Shown: piece by piece, positions 42,556 to 53,975 of the stretch
How the letters are laid out: each line of letters starts with the position of its first letter
How positions within the stretch are numbered: position 1 is the stretch's first letter
NCBI GenBank assembly: GCA_963737155.1
Contig: CAVTRN010000002.1
Span: 416,001-480,000 of the forward strand
DNA: 64,000 nucleotides
Direction: 5' to 3'
Source: Nitrospirota bacterium
GTDB lineage: Bacteria > Nitrospirota > UBA9217
The notes under the pieces: generated by a model
Told to the model about the DNA's origin: nothing
The model's database searches: none
What the model saw: only the letters and a program-made list of their open reading frames with translations
Program-made: the position numbers and the translations under genes

Positions 42556-43620
42556 TTATCCCAACTTCCCAAATGGGCATACCGGATACCTGCACACGTC
42601 GCATTTCAGGCAGAGTCCGCCATGTCCAAGGGCCGCCACCTCTTTGCGTCCTATCCGATCTCCGGCGAGCACGCGGGGAAGGATGAGATCGAATATCGTG
42701 GTTTTTGCGTACATGCCGCAGGCCGGAATGCCGATGATGGGAACATCTCCGAGATATGCGGTGAGGAACATCGCACCAGGAAGGACCGCCGAACCATAGG
42801 TGATGTCCGCAGCGCCCAGTTCCCGTATAGCTAACCGCGTAACGTCATCAGGGTCCACGGACATGCCGCCCGTGGTAATCAGCAGGTCGGCCCCGGCTTT
42901 CAGCAGTTCCCGCAGCCTGTCCACAATGAACGCTTCATCGTCCGGCGCATAGTAGATGCCGACAAGTTCCCCGCCGACATCCTCCATTTTCTTCGTGATG
43001 ACTGGTGCGAAAGCGTCTTTGATTTTGCCGCTGTATATTTCATTCCCCGTGATCACGACGCCGACCTTCGGCTTTCTGATTTCCCGTACCCGGATGATCT
43101 TTCCAGCCCTTTCACCGATAGTGATCGCCGTGTTCACGACAGTTTTCTTGACTACAAGAGGAATGGCCTTGGTCCCCGCGACTAGCTGGCCTTTTTTAAC
43201 TAGCGTATTTGTGTGGAGCGTTGCGCACATGACCTCGCCCAGCATGTTGAATGCAAGCAGCGCGTCACGATTTATCGTGAGGAGGCCATCTCGCTCGGCA
43301 ACAATACTGATCTTGCCCTCCTTAGGCTCGCCCTTAATCACGACGCCTTCCCCCATGAGCGCAGTGGCGAGCTTAAATGCCGCATCATTCTCGTGCATCT
43401 CTTCTTCGGCGACCTGAAGCACGAAGAGATGCTCCTTGCCGAGTCGCTGGAGATGACAGACATCTTCTTCGCGAATAAGGTGGCCTTTTTTGAAGGCGCA
43501 GCCCTTGAATTCGCCTGGCCTGATCTCGGTTATATCGTGCGCGAGGATAGTGCCGACTGCCCGTGCAACCGGAATAGCTTTCATTGTTGAACCATGGGTT
43601 TCATGCGTATCGTCACACAT
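42556..43620 (-). CDS. Molybdopterin-binding protein (MoeA/MoCF biosynthesis-like)
   Basis: AVGTILAHDITEI, VITGNEIY.G.IKDAF, TGGMSVDPDD, YGSAVLPGAM; C-terminal CLKCDVCRYPVCPFGK. Confidence 0.9.
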   Translation of the reverse strand: MCDDTHETHGSTMKAIPVARAVGTILAHDITEIRPGEFKGCAFKKGHLIREEDVCHLQRLGKEHLFVLQVAEEEMHENDAAFKLATALMGEGVVIKGEPKEGKISIVAERDGLLTINRDALLAFNMLGEVMCATLHTNTLVKKGQLVAGTKAIPLVVKKTVVNTAITIGERAGKIIRVREIRKPKVGVVITGNEIYSGKIKDAFAPVITKKMEDVGGELVGIYYAPDDEAFIVDRLRELLKAGADLLITTGGMSVDPDDVTRLAIRELGAADITYGSAVLPGAMFLTAYLGDVPIIGIPACGMYAKTTIFDLILPRVLAGDRIGRKEVAALGHGGLCLKCDVCRYPVCPFGKLG

Positions 43621-43978
43621 GTGAGCCTCCCCTGAATATTGACATAAATCTTTTATCAACAATCTTTTGTATGCCTTTTTCAAGCGCTGCATATTTCTTC
43701 AGGAACTTCCGTGCATCATCTGTCAAAGTAGCACCACCGCCGTTCCTGCCGCCTGTTTGCCGTTCGATAAGCTTCACACCCAACCGCTCTTCCATGGCCC
43801 TGATGTGGCCCCATGCTTTGCGGAAGGATATATCGACTTCCTGCGCAGCACGGTTGATAGAACCGTGGGAATCTATGGCCTCCAGGAGAATGCGTCTGCC
43901 CCGTCCGAATACGGGTTCACCGCTTACTTCGATCCATATTTTCGATCTGATATCGAACCCGTTATGACTTTTCTGCAT
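43613..43978 (-). CDS. ModE-like winged-helix regulator (N-terminal domain only)
   Basis: FGRGR..LLEAID.HGSINRAA...SFRKAW; GGRNGGGATLT. Confidence 0.9.
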   Translation of the reverse strand: MQKSHNGFDIRSKIWIEVSGEPVFGRGRRILLEAIDSHGSINRAAQEVDISFRKAWGHIRAMEERLGVKLIERQTGGRNGGGATLTDDARKFLKKYAALEKGIQKIVDKRFMSIFRGGSHV

Positions 43979-44585
43979 AACGCACCGCCGAAAAAGAATC
44001 TTTCACTGCATAGTAGCCGCCCTGTGCGCAGGGAGCACACAGGACCTTTCCATCCTGGTAGACTTCTCTCATGTCCTGAACATGCTCGCCGCAGGAGTCA
44101 CACTGCACTCTTCGCATGGGTCTGCCCGGCATGTCCTCGGGTCGCACTTTGACAGCAACCTCCATCACGTCGAAAAGCTCTATGTCATCCATGACCTTGT
44201 AAGCCTCAAGTTGTCCCGCGTATTTGTTCTCATTGTCGTGGAAGTATTCCTTCGCTTTCTCCCGCGATTCCTCCCTGGCAACAATCCTGATTGCCTTGCC
44301 TGTCTTGAGATTCAGGTATGTCGCTGCCATCTTGCCGTAATCCATGAATTTCATCGTCCTGTGACCGAGACTGCAACCGGTGACCGACTGGACCGCATCG
44401 GTCGCGCACCTGTCCATCTCAACGAATACGATGAGGTTCTTTCTGTGCGTCCCTTTCGGGTCAAAAATCCCGGTCTCCCGGAGTCCAAGCATGGACATGC
44501 GCACTCCGAGTATTTGCCCCGCGCAGAGATGTCCATGCATTTTTATCGATTCCTGGAGAAGGTCTTCAAAATTCAATCGGGCCAT
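43962..44585 (-). CDS. FmdE-family protein with C-terminal zinc finger
   Basis: HGHLCAGQILGVRM, EMDRCATDAVQSVTGCSLG, CDSCGE...CAPC. Confidence 0.9.
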   Translation of the reverse strand: MARLNFEDLLQESIKMHGHLCAGQILGVRMSMLGLRETGIFDPKGTHRKNLIVFVEMDRCATDAVQSVTGCSLGHRTMKFMDYGKMAATYLNLKTGKAIRIVAREESREKAKEYFHDNENKYAGQLEAYKVMDDIELFDVMEVAVKVRPEDMPGRPMRRVQCDSCGEHVQDMREVYQDGKVLCAPCAQGGYYAVKDSFSAVRYAEKS

Positions 44586-44727
44586 AATTTTACTCCCTCA
44601 ACAAACCCGGTATCGCATCCCAAACTATTTTTGTCAGGATAAACGCATCCATCCGTTTGTTCTCCACAAGTATGAATATGTGAGATTCGTATTAAGCACA
44701 TTCGGCATGTTGAGGATTGACAGCGAT

Positions 44728-44841
44728 GTCCGAGAGGTTCATTTCACCCTCACCCCTTCTTATAGGAAACCCAAAAGGTTCAACCGCACCTCGTCCTTCT
44801 CATCCCGGAATTCACTTTGAAGTGAGACTTTGGAAAGGAGG
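44728..44841 (+). ncRNA. Possible degenerate Moco RNA motif
   Basis: TCCGAG at the 5' end, GGAAAC, TCCCG and TTTGGAAAGGAG at the 3' end before an ATG, inside a Mo-gene cluster; internal stems poorly conserved. Confidence 0.4.
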
Positions 44842-44934
44842 TTGCATCCATGCTCTTTACCGCATCAGGCATATGGCAGCTACTACACATGTTCTTCGTC
44901 TGTGCAGTGGCAGCAAGTTCATTTGACGCCTCTG

Positions 44935-45861
44935 TCAGTGTGGTCTCCCAGGGTGGAAAAACAGGTTGGGACCTCCGCGTGCCTTGCCCTCTTTGTCCAT
45001 CAGCATGTCCAGTGCAAGGGTGGCCAGGTCGTCTGCCGTCACTTCCATCTGCGGGTCTTTTTCCAGGTAAAGCAGTTTCAGATAGAAGTTGCAGTCGTTG
45101 CAGCTTTCCGCCTTGATTGCGCCATTCGAGCCTTCCACGATGTGGTAGTCGATTCCTTGGGTGGATTCGCAGGAACTACATTTGATCCGTACCATATGCC
45201 ACTCCGAGGCGCAGAGGGAGCAGGACAGGTAACGGAGTCCCTGCTCGGCGCCGCCGCTATGCACGATGCCGGCGTTCGGGTACGAACCGCACACAGGGCA
45301 CAACCCGCCCCGTTCCAGTCTGCCGAACGCGTCTTCTTTCAAAGATAACGCCATCCGAACCCAGTAGACCTGCAGGGCCGCAGCGACAAACGGCAGCTCT
45401 TGGGGAGAAACAGCGGCCAGGTTTCCCGCCAGGATTCTGTCCGCCCTCTCCTCCAGCCCGGTTTCACTCGTCTGCATCAGGACTGATGCGGCATCGCGTG
45501 CAGCCGAAGGAAGATAGTCCTTGCTCATCTGCTGGAGAATCATGGTGAGCCCCCTGCGCCATTCCGGGTTCCGCGGCCGGGACCGGGCGTCGAGGAGTGG
45601 CATACCCTGCTCACGGCATCGCTTTTGTTTATCGGGGCCAGGCAGAGACAGCGCGGGGAATTGATTCAAAGCCTCCTGCTGTCCATCAGCGAGGAGCGCT
45701 AGGAAGGCAAGATAATCGCCCAAAGGATGTCCTTTGGACAGGAATCGAAGTCGTTTTGCTCGTCGTGCGAACACATCTTTTGCAGGGAGAAAGAGAAGTC
45801 GGATCTCTCCCAGGTGTGTTTCCAGCTTGCCTGGCTCAAGGATTCGGTTCTCCGTGTTCAT
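44935..45861 (-). CDS. fdhE: Formate dehydrogenase accessory protein FdhE
   Basis: CPVCGS.P, RYLSCSLCASEW, CSSC, KAESCNDC.FYLK, ADDLATLALD. Confidence 0.95.
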   Translation of the reverse strand: MNTENRILEPGKLETHLGEIRLLFLPAKDVFARRAKRLRFLSKGHPLGDYLAFLALLADGQQEALNQFPALSLPGPDKQKRCREQGMPLLDARSRPRNPEWRRGLTMILQQMSKDYLPSAARDAASVLMQTSETGLEERADRILAGNLAAVSPQELPFVAAALQVYWVRMALSLKEDAFGRLERGGLCPVCGSYPNAGIVHSGGAEQGLRYLSCSLCASEWHMVRIKCSSCESTQGIDYHIVEGSNGAIKAESCNDCNFYLKLLYLEKDPQMEVTADDLATLALDMLMDKEGKARGGPNLFFHPGRPH

Positions 45862-46490
45862 TTGCCTCCTTTGTTCATCTCCCGGTACCATGCCGGGTGA
45901 TGCTGTTTGGCCCAGGCGCGCCTGACCCGGCCGTACAGCATGGCACCGATGCTCTCCTTCATCCAGATGGCGGCATAGATGTGGAAGAGGATCAGGCCGA
46001 TCATGAAGGCGGCCGACGCGGCGTGAATCACGGACGCGAAGCGAATCAACCCTACCGGGAAGAGGAATGAAAAATAGGCGCGCCAGATCACAATGCCGGA
46101 CAGGATGAGGAGCGCCATGAAGATCGCCATAAGCCAGAACAGGAGCTTTTGGCCGCCGTTGAACTTGCCTGTCTCCGGCATGTTCCGGTCATCGCCGTCG
46201 ACCAATTGGCGGACACGGCTTAGCCATTCCCAGTCCGTCGGGAGCATGACGTTAATCTGCCGGTAATGGAAGAACTCGACGCCGAAAGAAATAGTCATTG
46301 CCACCCCGAAGAAGGGATGAAGGATGCGGGTCCAGACGCCGCCGGCGAACAGCAGGGTCAGCGGGTAGTAGAGGGGCTGAAAGAAACTAAGCCCGGATAG
46401 CGCTGCCAGGAAAAAGAGCATTGCCGTCAGCCAGTGGTTGGCTCGCTCAGACGGTGTATACCTCATTAGTTTTTTTGGATCATTTTTCAT
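45858..46490 (-). CDS. fdnI: Formate dehydrogenase-N gamma subunit (cytochrome b556)
   Basis: [31 protein letters not shown]. Confidence 0.93.
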   Translation of the reverse strand: MKNDPKKLMRYTPSERANHWLTAMLFFLAALSGLSFFQPLYYPLTLLFAGGVWTRILHPFFGVAMTISFGVEFFHYRQINVMLPTDWEWLSRVRQLVDGDDRNMPETGKFNGGQKLLFWLMAIFMALLILSGIVIWRAYFSFLFPVGLIRFASVIHAASAAFMIGLILFHIYAAIWMKESIGAMLYGRVRRAWAKQHHPAWYREMNKGGK

Positions 46491-47361
46491 CTTTGAACTC
46501 CTTCTCGTTCTCTTCCGAGACTTCGTTGGGGCCCTTGGTTACATAATGGAATGCGGCACCGAGGATGCCAAGGCCAAGAGCCAGCGAAGCCAGCGGCTTG
46601 GTGCCATCTTTCCACAGAGAGACCATTGCGCTGATAGAGGGGTCCTTGGGGAGACCACGGTACAGCTCAGGCTTGTCGGCATGCTGAAGCACATACATCA
46701 CATGGGTGCCGCCGACCCCTTGAGGATTGTAGATTCCCGCCTTATCATAGCCGCGGCTTTTCAGGTCGGCGACTCGTCCCTCCGCGTGGTGGATCATATC
46801 ATCCTTTGTGCCAAATACGATGGCTCCGGTGGGACAGGTCTTGACGCAGGCCGGTTCCAGGCCCACCGCTACCCGGTCGGAGCAGAGAGTGCATTTGTAG
46901 ACCTTGCAGTCCTTTTTCGACAGACGGGGAATGTTGAATGGGCAGCCGGTGATGCAGTAGCCGCAGCCGATGCAGTTCTCCTCGTGGAAATCCACGATGC
47001 CGTTGCTGTACTGCACGATGGCTCCTGGCGCGGGGCAGGCCTTGAGGCAGCCCGGCTTGGCACAGTGCATGCACCCGTCCTTGCGAATCAACCATTCCAG
47101 ACCCCGGTCGGTTTCCACTTCTGCAAAGCGCATCACAGTCCAGGAATTTGCGGTCAGGTCCATCGGGTTGTCGAGAACGCCATGGTCGGTACCGATGACG
47201 TCGCGGGTGTCGTTCCACTCCATGCACGCCGCTTGGCAGGCCTTGCAGCCGATGCATTTCGAGACATCGATCAGTTTCACTACCTCCTGGGTTTGGCGCT
47301 GGCTTGGCGAAGGGGTGGTGGTGGCGGAACGGCGGATGATATCGAGTGATTGGAGTGCCAT
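46480..47361 (-). CDS. fdnH: Formate dehydrogenase-N beta subunit (4x[4Fe-4S])
   Basis: [50 protein letters not shown]; C-terminal TM. Confidence 0.95.
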   Translation of the reverse strand: MALQSLDIIRRSATTTPSPSQRQTQEVVKLIDVSKCIGCKACQAACMEWNDTRDVIGTDHGVLDNPMDLTANSWTVMRFAEVETDRGLEWLIRKDGCMHCAKPGCLKACPAPGAIVQYSNGIVDFHEENCIGCGYCITGCPFNIPRLSKKDCKVYKCTLCSDRVAVGLEPACVKTCPTGAIVFGTKDDMIHHAEGRVADLKSRGYDKAGIYNPQGVGGTHVMYVLQHADKPELYRGLPKDPSISAMVSLWKDGTKPLASLALGLGILGAAFHYVTKGPNEVSEENEKEFKDEK

Positions 47362-47369
47362 AATACCTC

Positions 47370-50300
47370 CTATGCCTTCTCAATGTTGACGAGGAACGAC
47401 TTGAACTCCGGTGTCTGGGTGTTCGCATCGCCCACGTAGGGTGTCAGGATGTTTGCCAAGTAACCGTTTTTGGCAATGCCCTTGAACCCCCAGTGGATCG
47501 GGATGCCCACATGATGGACTGTCTTGCCATTGACCTGGAGCGGCCTGATGCGCTTGGTCACCACCGCTACCGCCTTGATGAAGCCCCGGTTGGACCACAC
47601 CTTGACCCAGTCGCCGACCTTGATGCCCTTCTCCTTGGCCAGCTCCTCGCTTATTTCCACGAACTGCTCCGGCTGAAGGATGGACGATATGCGGGTATGC
47701 TTGGTCCAGAAGTGGAAGTGCTCGGTGATGCGGTAGGTGGTCCCGGCATAGGGGTAGTCCTTGCTCTTACCGAAAGCCTCCCTGTCGTCCTTGAACACCC
47801 GCGCCGCCGGGTTGTTGATCACCTTCGGGTGCAATGGATTGGTATCGATTGGGGTCTCGAAAGGCTCGTAGTGCTCGGGAAAGGGCCCTTCCGCCATCTT
47901 GTCCAAGGCGAACAGCCGCCCAACTCCTTCTGGCAGCATGATGAAGGGGCTCATGCCTTCGCTAGGGGCGGAATCCGGTTTGAAGTCGGGCACGTCGGCG
48001 CCGGTCCACTTGCTGCCATCCCAGTAAACCAGTCTGCGATTCGTGTCCCAGGGTTTCCCGGAGAGGTCGCAGGAGGCGCGGTTGTACAGGACACGCCGGT
48101 TGGCCGGCCACGAGAATGCCCAGTTCAGGGTGGTGCCCAAGCCCGACGGGTCGTAGTTGTCCCTCCGCGCCATCATATTGCCCTTCTCCGTCCATGCCCC
48201 CGAATACAGCCAACATCCGCAGCTGGTGGACCCGTCGTCCTTGAGCTGGGCGAAACTGTCCAGCTGCTGGCCTTTCTTCACTATTACCTTGGTTGGATCT
48301 TTGGGATCGGTAAGATCCGCCAGGGCCTTGCCATTGTACTCCCTCGCCAATTCCTCGGGGGCTGGCGAGTTCGGTATCAAGTGATCCCAAGTAAGGTTCA
48401 GGATCGGGTCAGGGAGGGTGCCTCCATCCTGCCGGTACAATTCACGAAGCTTGAGGAAGATACCAGCGATGATGTCGGCATCGGGTTTGGCTTCTCCCGG
48501 CGGTGAGGCGCCCTTGTAGTGCCATTGCAGCCATCGCCCGCTGTTGGTAAGGGAACCGTTCTCCTCGGCGAAGCACGTGGAGGGGAGACGGATAACTTCG
48601 GTCTGGATCTTGGTGGGGTCCACATCGTTGTATTCGCCATGGTTCTCCCAGAAGCACGAGGTTTCCGTGGCCAGTGGGTCGATTACCACCAGGTATTTGA
48701 GTGTGGACAGTGCGCTGATCAGCTTGGCCTTATTAGGGATTGAACCCAGTGGATTGAAGCCCTGGCAGAAGTAGCCGTTCAGCTTGCCCTGGTGCATCAT
48801 TTCGAACGCCTGGAGCACGTCGTATTCCTTGTCCAGCTTGGGCAGCCAGTCGTAACACCAATTGTTGTCCTTGGTGGCGGCTTTACCGAACCAGGCCTTC
48901 ATCAGGCTAACGTGGAACTTGGCGTAGTTGCTCCAATAGGACAACTGGCCTGGGCGCAGGGGCTTGAGGGCTCGCTTGCTGATGTAGCCTTGGTAATCGG
49001 TCTCCTTGTCGTTGGGCAGGGTGAGGTAGCCAGGCAGGAGGCTGGACAGGAGTCCCAGGTCGGTTAGCCCCTGGATATTGGAGTGGCCCCGCAGGGCATT
49101 CACCCCGCCCCCCGCCATGCCCACATTGCCCAGCAGCAACTGCACCATGGCTGCGGTACGGATCATCTGTGATCCCACCGAGTGCTGGGTCCAGCCTAGG
49201 GCGTACATGAAGGTCAAGGTGCGGTCGGGTACCGAGGTGGTGGCAATGATCTCGCACACTTTGAGGAAGCTATCTTTGGGGGTGCCGCAGATGTTGCTTA
49301 CCACCTCCGGCGTGTAGCGCGAATAGTGCGTCTTTAGCAGTTGTAGCACGCAGCGAGGGTGATTCAGGGTTTCATCCACCTTGGCATAGCCGTCCGGTCC
49401 GATCTCATAGGCCCAGGTAGACCGGTCGTACTTGTGTGCCGCTTCGTCGTAGCCTGAGAACAGGCCATCATCAAAACTGTAGCCTTCCCTGACGATTAAG
49501 GAGGCGTTGGTGTAGGCCTTGACGTATTCGTGCTGGATTTTGTCGTGGCTCAGAAGGTAGTTGATTACCCCGCCCAGGAAGGCGATGTCTGTGCCGGTGC
49601 GGAGCGGGGCATAGAGGTCCGCCACCGCTGCCGAGCGGGTGAAACGGGGGTCTACCACGATGAACGTGGCGCGGTTGTGGGCCTTAGCCTCGGTCACCCA
49701 TTTGAAGCCGCAGGGGTGCGCCTCGGCCGCGTTACCGCCCATGACGATGATGACGTTAGCGTTCTTGATATCCACCCAGTGATTGGTCATTGCACCGCGA
49801 CCGAATGTTGGGGCCAAACTGGCCACCGTGGGTCCGTGTCAGACCCGGGCCTGATTGTCGAACACCAGGATGCCGAGGCTGCGGACGAACTTGTGGGTGA
49901 TGTGACCGGATTCATTGCTGGAGGCAGAGGCTGCCAGAAAGCCGGCGGTCAGCCAGCGGTTGACCGTGGCACCGTCGCTATTCTTGGCGATGAAGTTCTT
50001 GTCCCGGTCGTCCTTTATCAGCTTGGCCACCTTTGTAAACGCCTCGTCCCAGGAAATTCGTTTCCACTCGCTGGAGCCAGGGGCACGGTATTCCGGGTAC
50101 TTGAGCCGATCCGGGCTATGGATGAAGTCTACCAGAGCGGCACCTTTCGGGCATAAGGTACCACGGTTCACCGGATGGTCCGGATCGCCTTCGATGTGGA
50201 AGATGGACAGCTCGGCGTTTTTCGCCTTGTCCCCAAGACTGTGCATGATCAAGCCGCAACTCACCGAGCAATAAGGGCATGTATTACGCGTCTCGGTACT

Positions 50301-50426
50301 GCGGGCCAGCTTGAACTCACGCACCTCCGCCAGCGCATCGACAGGCGAAAAGCCAAGGGCCGCAACACTGGAAGTTCCCAGTCCGCCAGCGCAAACCTTG
50401 AAAAACTGTCTCCGTGTCACGTGCAT
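47370..50426 (-). CDS. fdnG: Formate dehydrogenase-N alpha subunit, selenocysteine-containing (UGA at 49839-49841)
   Basis: Tat signal TRRQFFK; CPYCSVSC; [28 protein letters not shown] joins the two track ORFs in frame. Confidence 0.97.
49810..49838 (-). promoter_or_regulatory. SECIS element of fdnG
   Basis: After the UGA: CACGGACCCACGGT-GGCCA-GTT-TGGCC hairpin, positioned as in enterobacterial fdnG. Confidence 0.85.
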
Positions 50427-51536
50427 TTTTATCCCTCCCTTTATCTCTCGATGCTTTGCGCGGATGGCAATGTAGCGCAGACGTTTGGCACCTGCCTTCC
50501 GGGCTTGATTGATACATTACGGGCATAAGCCCGCACAACTCCTCTGTTCAATCCCAGACCGGCCAACTCCACCGCGATAGCCGCGCCGATATTCCGATTG
50601 AAATGTTAAAAACTGCCATCAGGCATTGTTGTCCAAAATAAACTTTACATGCCTAATTTTGACAATATAAGTTGTTGATTTGTAAAGATAATGAAATGTT
50701 GACTGAAAACAGGTTCCAAATCAACGCTATACGTAGTCCAATCGCCAGAATCCGAAGGCGTCTATGGTTTTCCTAGCAGAAGCTGTGCAGGGCCGCTAAT
50801 AGCTTCTTTTATCATGTTATGGAATATTTCTAGGTTGAAGAAACGCTTGCCATTCATAAAAATGCAGTCCAAGATAAAAACTATTTTGGACAATAGTCGA
50901 CGTCAGGTTACTTTCATGGCATCTTATCTCCAGTCCAAGGGATAAATTATGCTCTTCCAAAAGATTAGCGCGTATTTATGTGGCTGTCAAGACCATCAAT
51001 CGAACAAATTACACTTTGTAAATTGACTTTTACTTTCCTGAATCAAATTGACCTTCTCCCCAAAAAAGGTCAGCCAAAAAATTATAATTCTAGCAAAATT
51101 AATCTGAAGATGAGGATTTTGCCATGAAGAAAACGAGGTGCCGAAGTTTTTTTTGGGAGTGACGGGAAGGACTATAATTTCCCAGAAATCTTCTCGTTTG
51201 TCCTCGTCGTATGGGTGGTTTGGGTGTCAATCGCACTGACGGAGCTAACACGGCGACCGGTGTGCTTGTTATGACAACATTGGAAGTGTTGGCGAATGAA
51301 CGATGGAGGAGGAAAATGTCAGATCCGCAGAGTAGCGCTTTGACCAAAAACGTGATACAGTGGAACAGAGCATCAGGGATGCTGGCGAATCCCAACGTGT
51401 TCGACATAGCGACCTCCGGAAGATATAATTGTACCGTAATCTGAAAAGAACCAGTGTTTCGCAAAATCCAGGCGTAAACTCTGTTGTCCGCAAATGGGAG
51501 GAAGATAGACTACTGGGGGAATGGAGGGTAAGAAGC

Positions 51537-52154
51537 ATGCGGACAAAACAAAAACTGATATTGTCTGTTTTATCTGCTGGAACAACCCTGTTGATCCTTT
51601 TTGGCATCTATTGGGCTTATTCCACCATCATAAAGCCTGTTCCGACCGGGATTGAACAGGCGTTTAATCCTAGCGGGGATTTTACCCTTATGGATGACAG
51701 CGGAAAAGTTTTCCATCTCAGGGATAACCGGGGTAAAGTCGTTCTTTTGTTTTTCGGCTATACCTCTTGTCCGGGTAATTGCCCATGGACAGTTGCCAAA
51801 TTGGCCAGGGCTCGTACTCTCCTCGGCGCGGCCAGTCAAAGGGTAATGACCGTTTTTGTAACGGTCGATCCACAACACGACACCTCTGCCAGGCTGAAAG
51901 AATATTTGACATGTTTCGACATGAACGCCGTGGGTCTGACGGGAACCAAAACGCAAATCGATAAAGTGGTTCACGCTTATAATGCGTATTATGAAAAGAT
52001 ACCCACCAAATCGGCGCTGGGGTATATTATCAACCACACCAATATCGTCTATCTCATCGACAAGCAGGGGAAAGTGCGTTATTTATTCCACCAGGATGAC
52101 GATCCCGAAAAAATGGCCAAGGTTATCAGAGAGACGGCCAGCACTGGCACATGA
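51537..52154 (+). CDS. SCO1/SenC family copper-binding protein
   Basis: TM anchor; FFGYTSCPGNCP (CxxxC), VTVDP.HD, conserved His in INHTN..YLID. Confidence 0.92.
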   Translation: MRTKQKLILSVLSAGTTLLILFGIYWAYSTIIKPVPTGIEQAFNPSGDFTLMDDSGKVFHLRDNRGKVVLLFFGYTSCPGNCPWTVAKLARARTLLGAASQRVMTVFVTVDPQHDTSARLKEYLTCFDMNAVGLTGTKTQIDKVVHAYNAYYEKIPTKSALGYIINHTNIVYLIDKQGKVRYLFHQDDDPEKMAKVIRETASTGT

Positions 52155-52608
52155 TGCGCGGGCTGGTGCTAAGCTCGCACCGTGAATATTGTGACGAGGG
52201 CCAACAATGCAGTTTGTAGTCTGCACCATTATTGCTGTAATCTTTAATAGCATCACGCGAAGCATCTGCCAAAAGCATTGAACAGTTGCATCGGCCCTTT
52301 GACGCGAATCCTTCTGAAGATTATCTCCTTGGACATTGTACTTTCTTTATGCAGCACCTGCAGCTAGGTTTTTGCATCTGCGTGCACTCGTATGTCCGGG
52401 AGTCCTGCATGTCCCCCTTTTATGCTGATTGTTTTGTCTTTGATAAAATAATGCACATCAAAAAGGTCCTTAAATGCTCAGGTTAATTGCGCACAGGTTC
52501 TAATATAAATAGTTTAGTTTACCGAAGTGTCAAAAAAAGAGTCATGCTAGTGAATCCTTATACAAAAATCTCGTGCGCTAATGAGGATGATCGGAGGCGT
52601 TCATTCAT

Positions 52609-52635
52609 TAAAGTTCAATCACTATAAACCGATAA
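52609..52635 (+). promoter_or_regulatory. sigma28 (FliA) promoter
   Basis: TAAA-gttcaatcactataa(15)-ACCGATAA, 32 bp before the ATG. Confidence 0.75.
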
Positions 52636-52667
52636 GAATACTGATATAACAACTCTTGGGAGGCATT

Positions 52668-53975
52668 ATGTATCAGCGGCTTTCAGTAAATTTAGGCAAT
52701 CTGCTCCTTTCTCTATCAGACTCTCTGGATCTTGTAGATTCGTCGATTGCCCTGCATCAACAGCGTGCCGCGTTCATATCATGGGAGATGGGAAAAGCCG
52801 CCGGTCTGGCCGACGACGCAATCGAACGGCTTTTTGCTGGAGGCCTGCTCCATGATATCGGGGCATTAGCTCCTGAAGAGAAGATAAGTCTTCACCAGTT
52901 CGAATCAAGAGATATCTTGACCCACTGCATAAGAGGAAGCGTCTTATTGGAAACAGTGCCTTGGCTTAAATCTTCTGCAAAGATCGTCAGGTTTCATCAT
53001 CAGGAGTGGAATCGTTGGAATGAACCGATCACCAATCCCGCCGTCCTGGAATCACAGATACTTTTTCTAGCCGATTATCTTGAACGGATCATTCGACGAA
53101 ACGTTTACATTCTTCATCAAAATGAACACCTTTCCCGGAACATAACCGAACTCGCCGGTACTTCTATTCATCCGGATGTTGTCGATTTGTTTCAAAAAAT
53201 ATCGCGCCGCGAGGAATTTTGGCTTGATCTTGTTTCGCCACGGCTCTATTCGCTTCTCCTGAACAATGGGCCGTACCGGCGTGTAGAGATAGACCCTTCG
53301 GCGATAACAGCTGTCGGTGAACTCTTTCGAAATATCATCGACTTTCGGTCTCGGTTTACCTCTACCCATTCATCAGGAGTCTCGGAATGTGCAGGCATAC
53401 TCGCGGAACTCTTCGGTTTCAGCGATACTGAGGCAGATATGATGCGGGTCGCTGGAAATTTTCACGATATCGGCAAATTGGCGGTGCCGAACTCTATCCT
53501 CAATAAGCCGGACAAATTGACCAAGGAAGAGTTTGCCGTCATGCGTCAGCATACCTATTTTACCTATTCAATCCTGAACACGATCGGTGGCCTTCAGCAT
53601 ATCGCCGAGTGGGCGGCATTTCATCATGAGAGACTCGATGGTTCAGGCTATCCCTTCCACCATGAATCAGGCCGGATCGGTACGGGCGCAAGGATCATGG
53701 CAGTGGCGGATATATTTACGGCAATTGCCGAGGACCGGCCCTACCGCAAGGGCATGGGATACGAAGAAATCAAGAATGTCATGAAAAAGGTAGCAGACAT
53801 GAATAACGTCGATAAGAGAATCGTTCGACTTGTGCTTGATAATTATCCCGATATTGTAAAAAAAGTGAAGGAACGCCAAGTGGTAACCAAGGAGTTTTAC
53901 GAACGACAGTTTGCGGTAATCGATACAGTAACGGCAGATACATCGGGATATGCTGGTACGACTGACAACTTATGA
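52668..53975 (+). CDS. Tandem HD / HD-GYP cyclic-dinucleotide phosphodiesterase
   Basis: LLHDIG..FHHQEW in the N-terminal domain; FHDIGK, HHERLDGSGYP, DRPYR in the C-terminal domain. Confidence 0.93.
   Translation: MYQRLSVNLGNLLLSLSDSLDLVDSSIALHQQRAAFISWEMGKAAGLADDAIERLFAGGLLHDIGALAPEEKISLHQFESRDILTHCIRGSVLLETVPWLKSSAKIVRFHHQEWNRWNEPITNPAVLESQILFLADYLERIIRRNVYILHQNEHLSRNITELAGTSIHPDVVDLFQKISRREEFWLDLVSPRLYSLLLNNGPYRRVEIDPSAITAVGELFRNIIDFRSRFTSTHSSGVSECAGILAELFGFSDTEADMMRVAGNFHDIGKLAVPNSILNKPDKLTKEEFAVMRQHTYFTYSILNTIGGLQHIAEWAAFHHERLDGSGYPFHHESGRIGTGARIMAVADIFTAIAEDRPYRKGMGYEEIKNVMKKVADMNNVDKRIVRLVLDNYPDIVKKVKERQVVTKEFYERQFAVIDTVTADTSGYAGTTDNL

Noticed and set aside
47370-50426. fdnG as a split gene or pseudogene
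   Set aside because: The break is an in-frame UGA at the conserved Sec position followed by a SECIS
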